Notes under the pieces: generated by a model
Database searches by the model: none
What the model saw: the letters and a program-made list of their open reading frames with translations, nothing else
Told to the model about the DNA's origin: nothing
From: an uncultured delta proteobacterium
Lineage (GTDB): Bacteria; Desulfobacterota; Binatia; UBA9968
Assembly (NCBI GenBank): GCA_963804165.1
Contig: CAWDPO010000006.1
Location: 64,001 to 128,000 of the forward strand
Length of the DNA: 64,000 nucleotides
Direction: 5' to 3'
Translations under genes and position numbers: made by a program
Shown here: piece after piece, positions 31,040-39,393 of the stretch
Position numbering within the stretch: position 1 is the stretch's first letter
Layout: every line of letters starts with the position of its first letter

Positions 31040-31507
31040 TTAAACCGGAGATCTCCTTGCACCGATGCGCTTAGCGACTTGCGCATGAGCAAGCACTACA
31101 CGCGGGTCTCGCTGTAGAGCCGCGACGTAGCGTTCGCCAAAGTCTCCGCCGCTCTCAGCCGGGATCAATAGAAACACGGATTGGGTCATCATCGCGTCGA
31201 CGCTCTGAGTTGTTATCGGCTCGTCTCCGTCCAGCGTTTCATCGATGGCGACGATCAGTTGTGAAATCGGCCGCAGCCAGGCAAACCACGGGTCGTTGGT
31301 CAGCAGTTGGAAAAAATGATTCGGCGAATGGATCGGGCCGATTTCCTTTTCATAAACCGCGCGTTCGGAATCGAGCAAAGCTTTGTGCAGGTGCAGCAGC
31401 GCGTCGCGGAGTTCCAGCAGGGGTCGGCGAATGGTTTCCTCTTCGGGACTGACTTGTGAAGTCGTTTTCCGAGTCATGACATTAACATACCACGGACTCG
31501 TCGGCAC
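31040..31507 (-). CDS. Conserved-looking hypothetical protein
   Basis: LLHLHKALLDSER...DPWFAWLRPISQLIVAIDE helical ORF; start may be slightly downstream. Confidence 0.75.
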   Translation of the reverse strand: MPTSPWYVNVMTRKTTSQVSPEEETIRRPLLELRDALLHLHKALLDSERAVYEKEIGPIHSPNHFFQLLTNDPWFAWLRPISQLIVAIDETLDGDEPITTQSVDAMMTQSVFLLIPAESGGDFGERYVAALQRDPRVVLAHAQVAKRIGARRSPV

Positions 31508-31592
31508 GGTCAGTGCCCGCGCGAATCTCGAGTCGAATAAATCGGATCACGCGTCATCCGAAGGCATGGCCGAATAGAGACGTGTTTCAGTC

Positions 31593-32636
31593 TCACCGCG
31601 CCGGTAGCGGATCGGCACCGGCGAGCTTGTTGAAAATCTCCACCACCGCGGCGTCGCGCGGCAGCTCGCGCACCACTTTTTCCAAAGCCTCGGGCATCAG
31701 CGGGGTCGGTGCTTCACCCGAAACTTTCTGATACTCCTTCAAAAACTCCGGATCGCTCAGCGTCTTGCGCATAGCCTCGCGAAGAATCTCCGCCCGTTCC
31801 TTCGACACACCGGGCGCCAAGAAGAAATTTTGCCCGGCGAGACGGAAGGCGCGAAACATTTGCAATATTTTTCGCTCTCGGTCCGATTTCGCGAACGTTT
31901 CCAGATCCGGCGCCTGGGCGAATTTCGGATGGCGCTCGCCCTTGGGAATCTCGATGCCGGCGTGAATGTCGATCAACCCCTTTTCGAGCCACTCGCGGTT
32001 GCGCCGCATCATCGAATCACCGGTATTGACCCGTGCGTCGGCTTCGCGCCGGTCGATTGCGATATCGATCTCCGGACCGGTGAAGCCCACGACGAATTTC
32101 GGATCCTTCAAACCGAGTATATAAGCGAAGAGCCGCCCGGTGATATAGACCGGATGGCCGACGGATTGGCCGCCGATCCGCACGCTCGGCGTGGAACGAA
32201 GTTTTTCCAGAGTGTCCAGGTTGGCGTGGCGGTGGGTAATGAACAGATAGTGCTGAGCGCTGTCGGGCGTGCCGAGATAAATCAGCTTGTCGATATCGTA
32301 CTGCACGCCCGTCGCGCCGAGCACGGCGTTGGTCACCAGCGCCGCACCCATGCTGCCGACGGTGAGCCCGTCGGGCTTGGCGACGCCGAAAACGTGATTG
32401 GCCGCCTGCCGTCCGCCGCCCGCGCCCATGTATTGCATAACGATGGTGGGATTGCCGGGAATATGTTTGCGCAAAATATTGATTACACCGCGCGTTCTCA
32501 AGTCCGCCGACCCCGCCGGCGGCCCGCCGAGAATCACGGTGATCGTTTTATCCTGGTAGAAGGGCGTCTGAGCGCGGCTGGAGTCACCGAAGAACAAACA
32601 CAGAATAGAAACAACAGTGACAAGAGTCATCTTCAT
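31593..32636 (-). CDS. TctC/Bug-like tripartite tricarboxylate transporter substrate-binding protein (orphan)
   Basis: FYQDKTITV, KHIPGNPTIV, GAGG, AKPDGLT. Confidence 0.88.
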   Translation of the reverse strand: MKMTLVTVVSILCLFFGDSSRAQTPFYQDKTITVILGGPPAGSADLRTRGVINILRKHIPGNPTIVMQYMGAGGGRQAANHVFGVAKPDGLTVGSMGAALVTNAVLGATGVQYDIDKLIYLGTPDSAQHYLFITHRHANLDTLEKLRSTPSVRIGGQSVGHPVYITGRLFAYILGLKDPKFVVGFTGPEIDIAIDRREADARVNTGDSMMRRNREWLEKGLIDIHAGIEIPKGERHPKFAQAPDLETFAKSDRERKILQMFRAFRLAGQNFFLAPGVSKERAEILREAMRKTLSDPEFLKEYQKVSGEAPTPLMPEALEKVVRELPRDAAVVEIFNKLAGADPLPAR

Positions 32637-32707
32637 GCGGTTCGCTCCTTCGCTGACATAAAGCTCTGAAATTCACGCAGCAGCCCTGTGAATTTAAGAG
32701 AGTATTT

Positions 32708-32814
32708 CCCGCAAAGACGCAAAGGGCGCAAAGTTCGGATCATACCGTCGAAAATCATTGGTAAGAGTCCTTATCTTTCCCCTTTAAACTTAGCGCCTTT
32801 GCGCCTTGGCGGGA
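32708..32814. repeat. Inverted 9-bp tandem repeat array (CGCAAAG / CTTTGCG)
   Basis: cccgcaaagacgcaaagggcgcaaag facing cttagcgcctttgcgccttggcggga. Confidence 0.75.
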
Positions 32815-32923
32815 GAAATTTCCGATTGGGCGAGCTTTCAGCTTCCAAATCATTCGCGTGAATTACTGCCGGCGTCTCGGCGGTGAATGTTTATTCTTTC
32901 AGCTGGCCCCATGCCGCACTGAG

Positions 32924-33898
32924 CTACTGCGGTCGCGCGCCCAACTCGCGTCGCGCCTTTTCAAGAAAACTGAAATCGCTGACCTGCGCGACAGTGAATG
33001 GCTGCGCGACCTTCGAATCCTCCCGCACCAGGTCGATCATGAGCTGAAGCCCTTCCGGCTTGATCGTCATGTCGCGCAAGACGCCGCGGTTGAGTTGGCG
33101 CAGCATCTCGCCCGCGAGCTTCCGATCGGTGAGCCGCCACTGCTTCATAATGATATTTACCACTTCGTCGCGGTTGCGCGGATCGAGGCTATAGTAGAAT
33201 CCGCGCAAAGTGGCCCGCACCATACCGTAAACTTCGTCGGGATTTTCTTGAATCTTTTTAACCGAAGCGCCGAAACCGTTCTGCGGAAAACTGAGCACAT
33301 CGCCCAAAAACAGCAGCTCGCCGTAACCTTTTTCGACGGCGATGATGTTTTCCGGCACGCCGAGAAGCGCCGCGTCCACCGCGCCCGATTCGAGAGCGGC
33401 CAGACGGTTGTCCCTAAGCGGCACCACAGTCACGTCGCGACCCGGCTCGAGACCGAAGTGCTTGAGCGCAGCGTCCGCCATCAAGGTCGCCGTGCCACCG
33501 GCGGTGCTACCGCCGACTTTTTTCCCTTTGAGATCGCGCGTTGTCCGAATGTCTTTTCTGACGATGAACGACTGCAGCGGCCGATCGACGGCGCAGGCGA
33601 GAATCTTGGCGGGCGCGCCGCGCACGATTCCCTGAATGATGCCGTTTACCGCCGCGCTGTAGTCGAGATCGCCGCGCACGAACGCCGCGTTCACGGCTTG
33701 GGTCGCCATGAAGATCATTTCGAGGTCGATCCCTTGATCCCGATAAAATCCCTTATGAAAGGCGGCGTGAAAAGGCAGAAAGCCGATGTTGGTGGATTGG
33801 ATACCCATCCTGATCTTCTTGGCGGGCGCCTGCGCAAGAACATTGGCGTCAGCAACGGCGAGCCAGAAAATCAGAAATGACAAAGCGCGGAGCATCAT
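32924..33898 (-). CDS. NitT/TauT-type ABC substrate-binding protein
   Basis: Signal peptide; KGFYRDQGIDLE, DLKGKKVG, DFSFLEKA. Confidence 0.88.
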   Translation of the reverse strand: MMLRALSFLIFWLAVADANVLAQAPAKKIRMGIQSTNIGFLPFHAAFHKGFYRDQGIDLEMIFMATQAVNAAFVRGDLDYSAAVNGIIQGIVRGAPAKILACAVDRPLQSFIVRKDIRTTRDLKGKKVGGSTAGGTATLMADAALKHFGLEPGRDVTVVPLRDNRLAALESGAVDAALLGVPENIIAVEKGYGELLFLGDVLSFPQNGFGASVKKIQENPDEVYGMVRATLRGFYYSLDPRNRDEVVNIIMKQWRLTDRKLAGEMLRQLNRGVLRDMTIKPEGLQLMIDLVREDSKVAQPFTVAQVSDFSFLEKARRELGARPQ

Positions 33899-34071
33899 CG
33901 TCCCACCTCGGAAGCGACGCCACTCTTATAACAAGCCAAGTTGGGCGGCAAGCCATTTCGGCGCATTGGTGAATCTCCATGTCCGCGCCCGCGCACATTT
34001 GATCTGGACATCCGTTTCTCGCTGGAGTATCAGGGCTGAGTCATCCGGGTGTCCGGCTTTAATCTATGTCT

Positions 34072-34271
34072 CTAGTGTGTGTATCTGATATTCGTCGAAT
34101 AATTGCTGCATCGCCGATCAAAATCTCCCCTTCCCCTCTTTTCGAAAGAGGGGTGAGAGTAATATCGGAGAAAATTCCCCCTTTGAAAAAGGGGACAAGG
34201 GGGATTTGAGCGTGATTTCAGCTACTGCCGTGTATTGCATTTGTTAAACGAACTTTAGTACAGGACACTGG
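34072..34271. mobile_element. Degenerate MITE (CTAGTGT...CAGGACACT) carrying hairpin cargo
   Basis: Ends resemble those of 48064-48238 (ctagtgt..ttcgtcgaataa; cgaactt..caggacact). Confidence 0.55.
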
Positions 34272-34308
34272 TTTGATGCCGGCAAAACATTCGTATGGAG
34301 CGCAAACG

Positions 34309-35301
34309 ATGAAAGTGTTTCAATCGCTGATAGCTCTGCTGGTTAATTTCTCATTCCTTGCGAATGCCCCGGCGCAAGAAAAGAAGCCCACCACCATCAA
34401 CCTCGGCTATTCTGCGATCAGCGGCAGTTTCGCGCCGCTCTGGGTTGGCTTCGACCAGGGCCTGTTCGCCAAGCACGGCATCGATCTCAAGATGGCCTAC
34501 ATCCAGGGCAACCGGGTAATGATGTCGGCATTGACCGCGGGCGAGATTCACATCTATCAAGGCGGCGCCGAAGGCTTGATCCGGCTCGTGTCGGGAGGCG
34601 GCGACGGCATTTTCATCGCCACGCAGTACAACTCCGTCAACCACTACGTTCTGATGACCGATCCGAGCATCACGCGCCTCGAAGATCTGCGCGGCAAGAG
34701 ACTCGCGCTCGATCCCACCAGCCCGACTTACGGCTACATGCTCAAAGTGCTCGAAACAGTGGGATTGAAAAAAGAAGATGTGAGCTTCGTGCAATTCGGC
34801 ACCGTCGGACAGCCGGAGCGTTCCATGGCGGTCATGCGCAAACAGGCCGCGGCAACCATTCTCACGGCGCCGAATACCTACGCCGCAGAGAAGCAGGGTT
34901 TAAGAAAATTTTCGATCATTCGCGAGCTCGGCATCCGCCAATTGATCACCGTCAGCGCGACCACCAAAAGATTTCTCCGTGAAAAACGTGAAGTTGCTGA
35001 CGCGTATCTGCGCGCCTACGTCGAAGCTCTCGCTTATGTAAAAGCCAATCGCGATATCACGATGAAAGTAATCGCCAAATACACCCGCCAGCGCGACCCG
35101 GAGGTGCTCGTTAAATTCTACGACGACCTGGTGCCTGACCTGCCGCGCATCCCCTACATCGACGAAGTCTCGGCGCGGGCCACCGTCGAGGCGATGCAGG
35201 CGCAGGGCCCGCCGCTACCGAAAGTGGATGTGAAAGCGCTATACGATAATAGTCTGTTGAAGACGATTGAAGCGGATCTAGAGCGCGATAGACGCCGCTA
35301 G
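34309..35301 (+). CDS. NitT/TauT-type ABC substrate-binding protein
   Basis: Signal peptide; GYSAISGSFAPLW, GLFAKHGID, DLRGKRL. Confidence 0.88.
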   Translation: MKVFQSLIALLVNFSFLANAPAQEKKPTTINLGYSAISGSFAPLWVGFDQGLFAKHGIDLKMAYIQGNRVMMSALTAGEIHIYQGGAEGLIRLVSGGGDGIFIATQYNSVNHYVLMTDPSITRLEDLRGKRLALDPTSPTYGYMLKVLETVGLKKEDVSFVQFGTVGQPERSMAVMRKQAAATILTAPNTYAAEKQGLRKFSIIRELGIRQLITVSATTKRFLREKREVADAYLRAYVEALAYVKANRDITMKVIAKYTRQRDPEVLVKFYDDLVPDLPRIPYIDEVSARATVEAMQAQGPPLPKVDVKALYDNSLLKTIEADLERDRRR

Positions 35302-35385
35302 CCCCACCGGAGTGACATATTGGCCACCTGTCATCTCGAACGAAGTGAGAGATCTTTCCGAACTGCCATGCAGATGCACGTAGAC

Positions 35386-35601
35386 TCATGAAGATTCCGC
35401 CTCCGCCCGCCGTTGCTCGATCGAGTAGCGCACCAATGCGGCATACCGGTAAACCACGTGGGCAAACTTTCCATAAGGCAATGTAATGAACAATCCCGCG
35501 ACCACGCCTAAATGGATCACCAGCAGCGTTCCCATCGCTGCTGTTTCCCGCAGCGCTAACAGTAACAATCCTGTGAAGCTCGTCATAAACAACAGTACGA
35601 G
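35386..35601 (-). pseudogene. tcuB: tcuB 3'-end remnant
   Basis: 63/71 aa identical to the TcuB C-terminus (36894-37109); homology stops at the RAYT repeat array. Confidence 0.88.
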
Positions 35602-35650
35602 GGTCAAGGGTCGGGGTCACAGGGTCGGGGTCACACAGGGTCGGGGTCAG
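35600..35650 (+). repeat. Irregular tandem array (AGGGTCGGGGTCAC)n at RAYT left end
   Basis: agggtca-agggtcggggtcac-agggtcggggtcac-ac-agggtcggggtcag. Confidence 0.85.
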
Positions 35651-36648
35651 GCCTGAGCCTGGATTTTACGCCTCAGCGCACCGGCCACAATCCGTTCTCG
35701 GCTATCGTCCCTTTTCTCTTCATAGTCTTTATACAAACGGCTGATCATCGACGGATCGCGTCCCAAACGCTTGCCCAACTCCTGCGTTGTCATTCCCTCC
35801 CATTCGCGTGCCAAATATACCAAAAATTTCCGCCCCTCGATCCAATCCCTCTGCCGCCCACTGCCGGTCAGCGCCTCTTTCGTTATGTGCCATTGTCTCG
35901 CTACCGCGTCTAGTAGTCGCTCGAAACCGACTTTCGGCCCCTTCGCGTCGAGGTCTCTTACCTTTGCCTGAGACGCAACCTTCTCCACAAATGTCTCATC
36001 GCCCAAAAACCGCTGGTCCGTTGCCTGATAATATTTCTCTTCGTGACCTCTGGCCAGGCCATCTTCCATAAACTTCACATAGCCGCGTCTCGCTTGTGCC
36101 ACCCCTTTGGCCATCTGCCCCAGCACCGCTTCCGTTTCGACTTTGACTTCACTCTCTTCTCCAAGATAGGACCGATGGCTGCTCCAGCGAAATTTCCATG
36201 GGTCTACCCAGTTTCTCATCCGACCCGGATTTAGGTGAATGTATCTTACCAGCTCAAGCAAATACGCGTCGCGATCGCAGAGAATCGCCTTGTAGCGCCC
36301 TTGAAATAAGTGGCCCACCGTGTGATGGCGACGGTTGTACGTCTGGGTATAGGTGAACTGTATCGCCTGCATGATTTTGGAAAGAAGTACCCTCCTCGTC
36401 TCCAGCAGCAAATGCACATGATTGGACATCAAAACGTATCCGTAGACTACGAAACCGCAGCGCTGGCGATAGTGTTCGAGACGCTCAAGGTACGCCGTCC
36501 GGTCCTCGTCATCACGAAAAACTATCCGGCGCTGATTGCCCCGCACGATGACATGATAGAAAGCCCCTTCAAACTCGACTCGTGACTTTCGTGCCATGGT
36601 TCATTCCTATCAGATCCCCCCTCTTAAGTACAGACTCAGGCCTGACCC
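35644..36648 (-). mobile_element. RAYT element bounded by 18-bp inverted repeats
   Basis: GGGTCAGGCCTGAGCCTG (35644-35661) vs CAGACTCAGGCCTGACCC (36631-36648), 17/18 match, each with core palindrome TCAGGCCTGA. Confidence 0.75.
35647..36597 (-). CDS. REP-associated tyrosine transposase (Y1/HUH) with C-terminal DnaA-like HTH
   Basis: YHVIVRGNQR, YVLMSNHVHLL (HUH), GHLFQGRY, RYIHLNP, WSS; C-terminal ELGKRLGRDPSMIS. Confidence 0.92.
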   Translation of the reverse strand: MARKSRVEFEGAFYHVIVRGNQRRIVFRDDEDRTAYLERLEHYRQRCGFVVYGYVLMSNHVHLLLETRRVLLSKIMQAIQFTYTQTYNRRHHTVGHLFQGRYKAILCDRDAYLLELVRYIHLNPGRMRNWVDPWKFRWSSHRSYLGEESEVKVETEAVLGQMAKGVAQARRGYVKFMEDGLARGHEEKYYQATDQRFLGDETFVEKVASQAKVRDLDAKGPKVGFERLLDAVARQWHITKEALTGSGRQRDWIEGRKFLVYLAREWEGMTTQELGKRLGRDPSMISRLYKDYEEKRDDSRERIVAGALRRKIQAQA

Positions 36649-36733
36649 TAAACTCTTCTAAATCTAAACTCTCCTTAAACTCTCCTCCTAAACTCTCCTA
36701 AACTCTTCTACCTAAAACTCTCTAAACTCTTCT
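36648..36733 (+). repeat. Irregular tandem array (CTAAACTCT)n at RAYT right end
   Basis: About 7-8 imperfect copies of ctaaactct with variable linkers. Confidence 0.85.
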
Positions 36734-36893
36734 GCACTCGCAGCCTATCTCCCCCACGGTTTGGTTGGCTGACGCCCAACCATTACAAACGATATCGCTG
36801 CCGCCTCGGTTCAAGAATTGTGATGCTGCTACGATCCCGAACGATGTGAGAGACCGTGCTTGAGTCGGCGTATCGATTGAACAACACGCGACT

Positions 36894-38006
36894 CTACGAA
36901 GAATGTGCCTCGGCCCTTCGCTGCTCGATGGAATAGCGCACCAAAGCTGCGTAGCGGTACACGACGTGGGCGAACTTACCGTAGGGCGCGGTGATGAAGA
37001 GACCGGCGACGAATCCTAAATGGATGACAAGGAGTATTCCCATAGCGGAAGTTTCACGGAACGCTAACAACAAAAGTCCGGTGAAGCTCGTCGAAAACAA
37101 CAATATAAGAAACGCCACGTCCATGGTGAGCATGGTGGAATCGGCGGGTGCGCGGTCGCTTTGCCATTTCAGATAAAGCAATCCGGCCGGGCCGATCAAC
37201 AAGCCGATGCCGCCGACCGTGCCGAGAACCACCGGTGCGCTGAAATAGGGATACGGCGCTTGCCAACCGAGAAAGTGATCGTAGAACGCGGCGATGCTCG
37301 TGGCCGCCAAGTCGAGTAGAAATCCATAAAATGTCAGATGGTGATACCACATGCGCGATCGCGAGAAGCTCTCGCCGGGATAATTGCAGCCGGCGCCGCC
37401 GCCTTTCATATAAGCGAGGCCGAACGCATCTTTGGTCGCGCGCCACAGCGCGGACGGATCGACGAGGGCGGCAACCGGTCCTTGGGTCTCGCGCCAGAAG
37501 CGCAGCGTGCCGGCAACGAAGATCGCGAAGCCATAGAGCGCGATGAGCGACGGCGCTACGGTCATCGCGACAAACGGCACGACGCGGTAAAACGTCCCTT
37601 CTCCGAGATGCGTGGCGAATAAAACATCAGGGCCTTGGAATATCAGCACAAGCCCAAGAATGATGACGATCGACGCCAAGGTGATTACGCTCACCGCCAG
37701 CGCGTTGCGGTTGAATAAAGCCGACAAAATCGCCGGCCAGGTAAACTCCCGATAAGTATCGGAGCGGAGCTCGGACATGAGTTTCGGAATATTGACGCCG
37801 AATTCGTGCGGCGGAGCGTATTGGCAAGCGTAATAGCAGTCGCGGCAATCGAAGCAAAGATTGGCAAGATAAGTCAGATCCGCTTTGGTAAAGACGCGGC
37901 GCTGCTCCATCGCCGGAAAAACCGCGCAGTAGCCTTCGCAGTACCGGCAAGCGTTGCAGATCGTCATCTGCCGCGCCCCGTCTTTAACAAGGTCAAAATC
38001 CGGCAC
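36894..38006 (-). CDS. tcuB: Tricarballylate utilization 4Fe-4S membrane protein TcuB
   Basis: ICNACRYCEGYCAVFPAME, LANLCFDCRDCYYACQYAPPHEF, PYGKFAH. Confidence 0.95.
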   Translation of the reverse strand: MPDFDLVKDGARQMTICNACRYCEGYCAVFPAMEQRRVFTKADLTYLANLCFDCRDCYYACQYAPPHEFGVNIPKLMSELRSDTYREFTWPAILSALFNRNALAVSVITLASIVIILGLVLIFQGPDVLFATHLGEGTFYRVVPFVAMTVAPSLIALYGFAIFVAGTLRFWRETQGPVAALVDPSALWRATKDAFGLAYMKGGGAGCNYPGESFSRSRMWYHHLTFYGFLLDLAATSIAAFYDHFLGWQAPYPYFSAPVVLGTVGGIGLLIGPAGLLYLKWQSDRAPADSTMLTMDVAFLILLFSTSFTGLLLLAFRETSAMGILLVIHLGFVAGLFITAPYGKFAHVVYRYAALVRYSIEQRRAEAHSS

Positions 38007-39393
38007 AGCGCGCCGCCTCCCGCCCGGCAATTCTCCCGAATACGGAACCGATGGTTAAGCCGAATCCCGCGAGATAACCTTTGCCGAGAATATTGCCCGC
38101 CATCACTTCACCCGCCGCGAAAACATTTTTCGCCGGCCGATCGTCTTGCATGATCACCTGCGCCTGCTCGTTCACGGTAACTCCTAGATAAGTAAACGTG
38201 ATCCCTGGCCGCAGCGGATAGCCGTAATACGGCGGCGTATCGATCAGCCTGGCCCAGTGGCTCTTCGGCGGATGAAGCCCCGTCGTAACACAATCGTCCA
38301 AACTGCCTGGATCGAACTTTCCACCGTGCACCGAGCGGTTGAATTCATCGACGACGGCCGAAAGCGCGCGCGGATCGATCTGCAACGCCGTGGCAAGCTC
38401 GGCGATGGAAGCTGCCTCAACCGGCGGAAACACCGACGGCATGAAGTGCGGCAACCCTTTGGCATCGACGACGGAATAAGCGATCTGGTCCGGCTGCTCG
38501 GCGATGAGCCGGCCCCAAATCGCATAGCGCTTCGGCCAAAAATCCTCGCCCTCGTCGTAGAAACGCTTCACGTCTTTATTGACGACGATACCGAACGGCA
38601 CGCTGTCCAGCCGGGTCACGATACCGCCGTCGAATTTCGGCGCGCGCGCGTCCAGCGCGACGGCGTGGCAGCCGCGCGGGTCGCCCTCCGGCTTGGCGCC
38701 GTGCCTGAGCAACTCTTTCAGCATGCCGCCTTTGTTGTGCGGCGTGCCGCGGATGATGAAATTGTCCGCCGCGTCGCCCCAGTATTCTTTCAGCCAGGGA
38801 ATATTCGCTTCGAAGCCGCCCGAAGCAACAACGAGAACTTTTGCATCGATCGTACGCAAGTCTCCGTCGTTGACGCACACCGCCGAAACAAATTGGCCGT
38901 CGCGCATTTCCAGTTCGCGCACTTCGGTTTGATAATAAATCTCCACGCCGAGCTTCGCCGCCGTAGCATAGTACGCGTTCATCATCGCCTTGCCGCCGCC
39001 CAGCATGAATAGATTGCTGCGCGTGAGATGGAGTGTGCCGCGCAGCGGCTTTTGCCAGCGCACGCCGTTGGCCGGCATCCAGTCGCCCAGCTCCTCGGAG
39101 TTACGAATCGTCAAACGCGCGAGCGCTTCGTTGGTTGCCCCGCCCGTGACACCTAGAAGATCCTGCCAAAATTCTTCTTCGCCGTAGGCGCCGGTGACGA
39201 ACTCCGTCGCCGCCTTGTGCATATAACGAATATCGCGTGTGTGGCGGCTATTGCCGCCGCGAAAATCTTTTGTCGCGCATTCGAGCACGACCACACTCGC
39301 CCCGGCGCGGCGCGCCGTGATCGCCGCGCACAACGCGGCGTTGCCGCCGCCGATGACGAGAACGTCGAACGTCGCGCGAGCGTTACTCATCAT
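37993..39393 (-). CDS. tcuA: FAD-dependent tricarballylate dehydrogenase TcuA
   Basis: GGGNAALCAA, RGGNSRHTR, DARAPKFDGGIVTRLD, GNILGKGYLAGFG. Confidence 0.95.
   Translation of the reverse strand: MMSNARATFDVLVIGGGNAALCAAITARRAGASVVVLECATKDFRGGNSRHTRDIRYMHKAATEFVTGAYGEEEFWQDLLGVTGGATNEALARLTIRNSEELGDWMPANGVRWQKPLRGTLHLTRSNLFMLGGGKAMMNAYYATAAKLGVEIYYQTEVRELEMRDGQFVSAVCVNDGDLRTIDAKVLVVASGGFEANIPWLKEYWGDAADNFIIRGTPHNKGGMLKELLRHGAKPEGDPRGCHAVALDARAPKFDGGIVTRLDSVPFGIVVNKDVKRFYDEGEDFWPKRYAIWGRLIAEQPDQIAYSVVDAKGLPHFMPSVFPPVEAASIAELATALQIDPRALSAVVDEFNRSVHGGKFDPGSLDDCVTTGLHPPKSHWARLIDTPPYYGYPLRPGITFTYLGVTVNEQAQVIMQDDRPAKNVFAAGEVMAGNILGKGYLAGFGLTIGSVFGRIAGREAARCAGF

Noticed and set aside
36648-36733. 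CRISPR array
   Set aside because: Units of about 9-14 bp with no unique spacers and no cas genes; same reasoning applies to the 9-mer arrays
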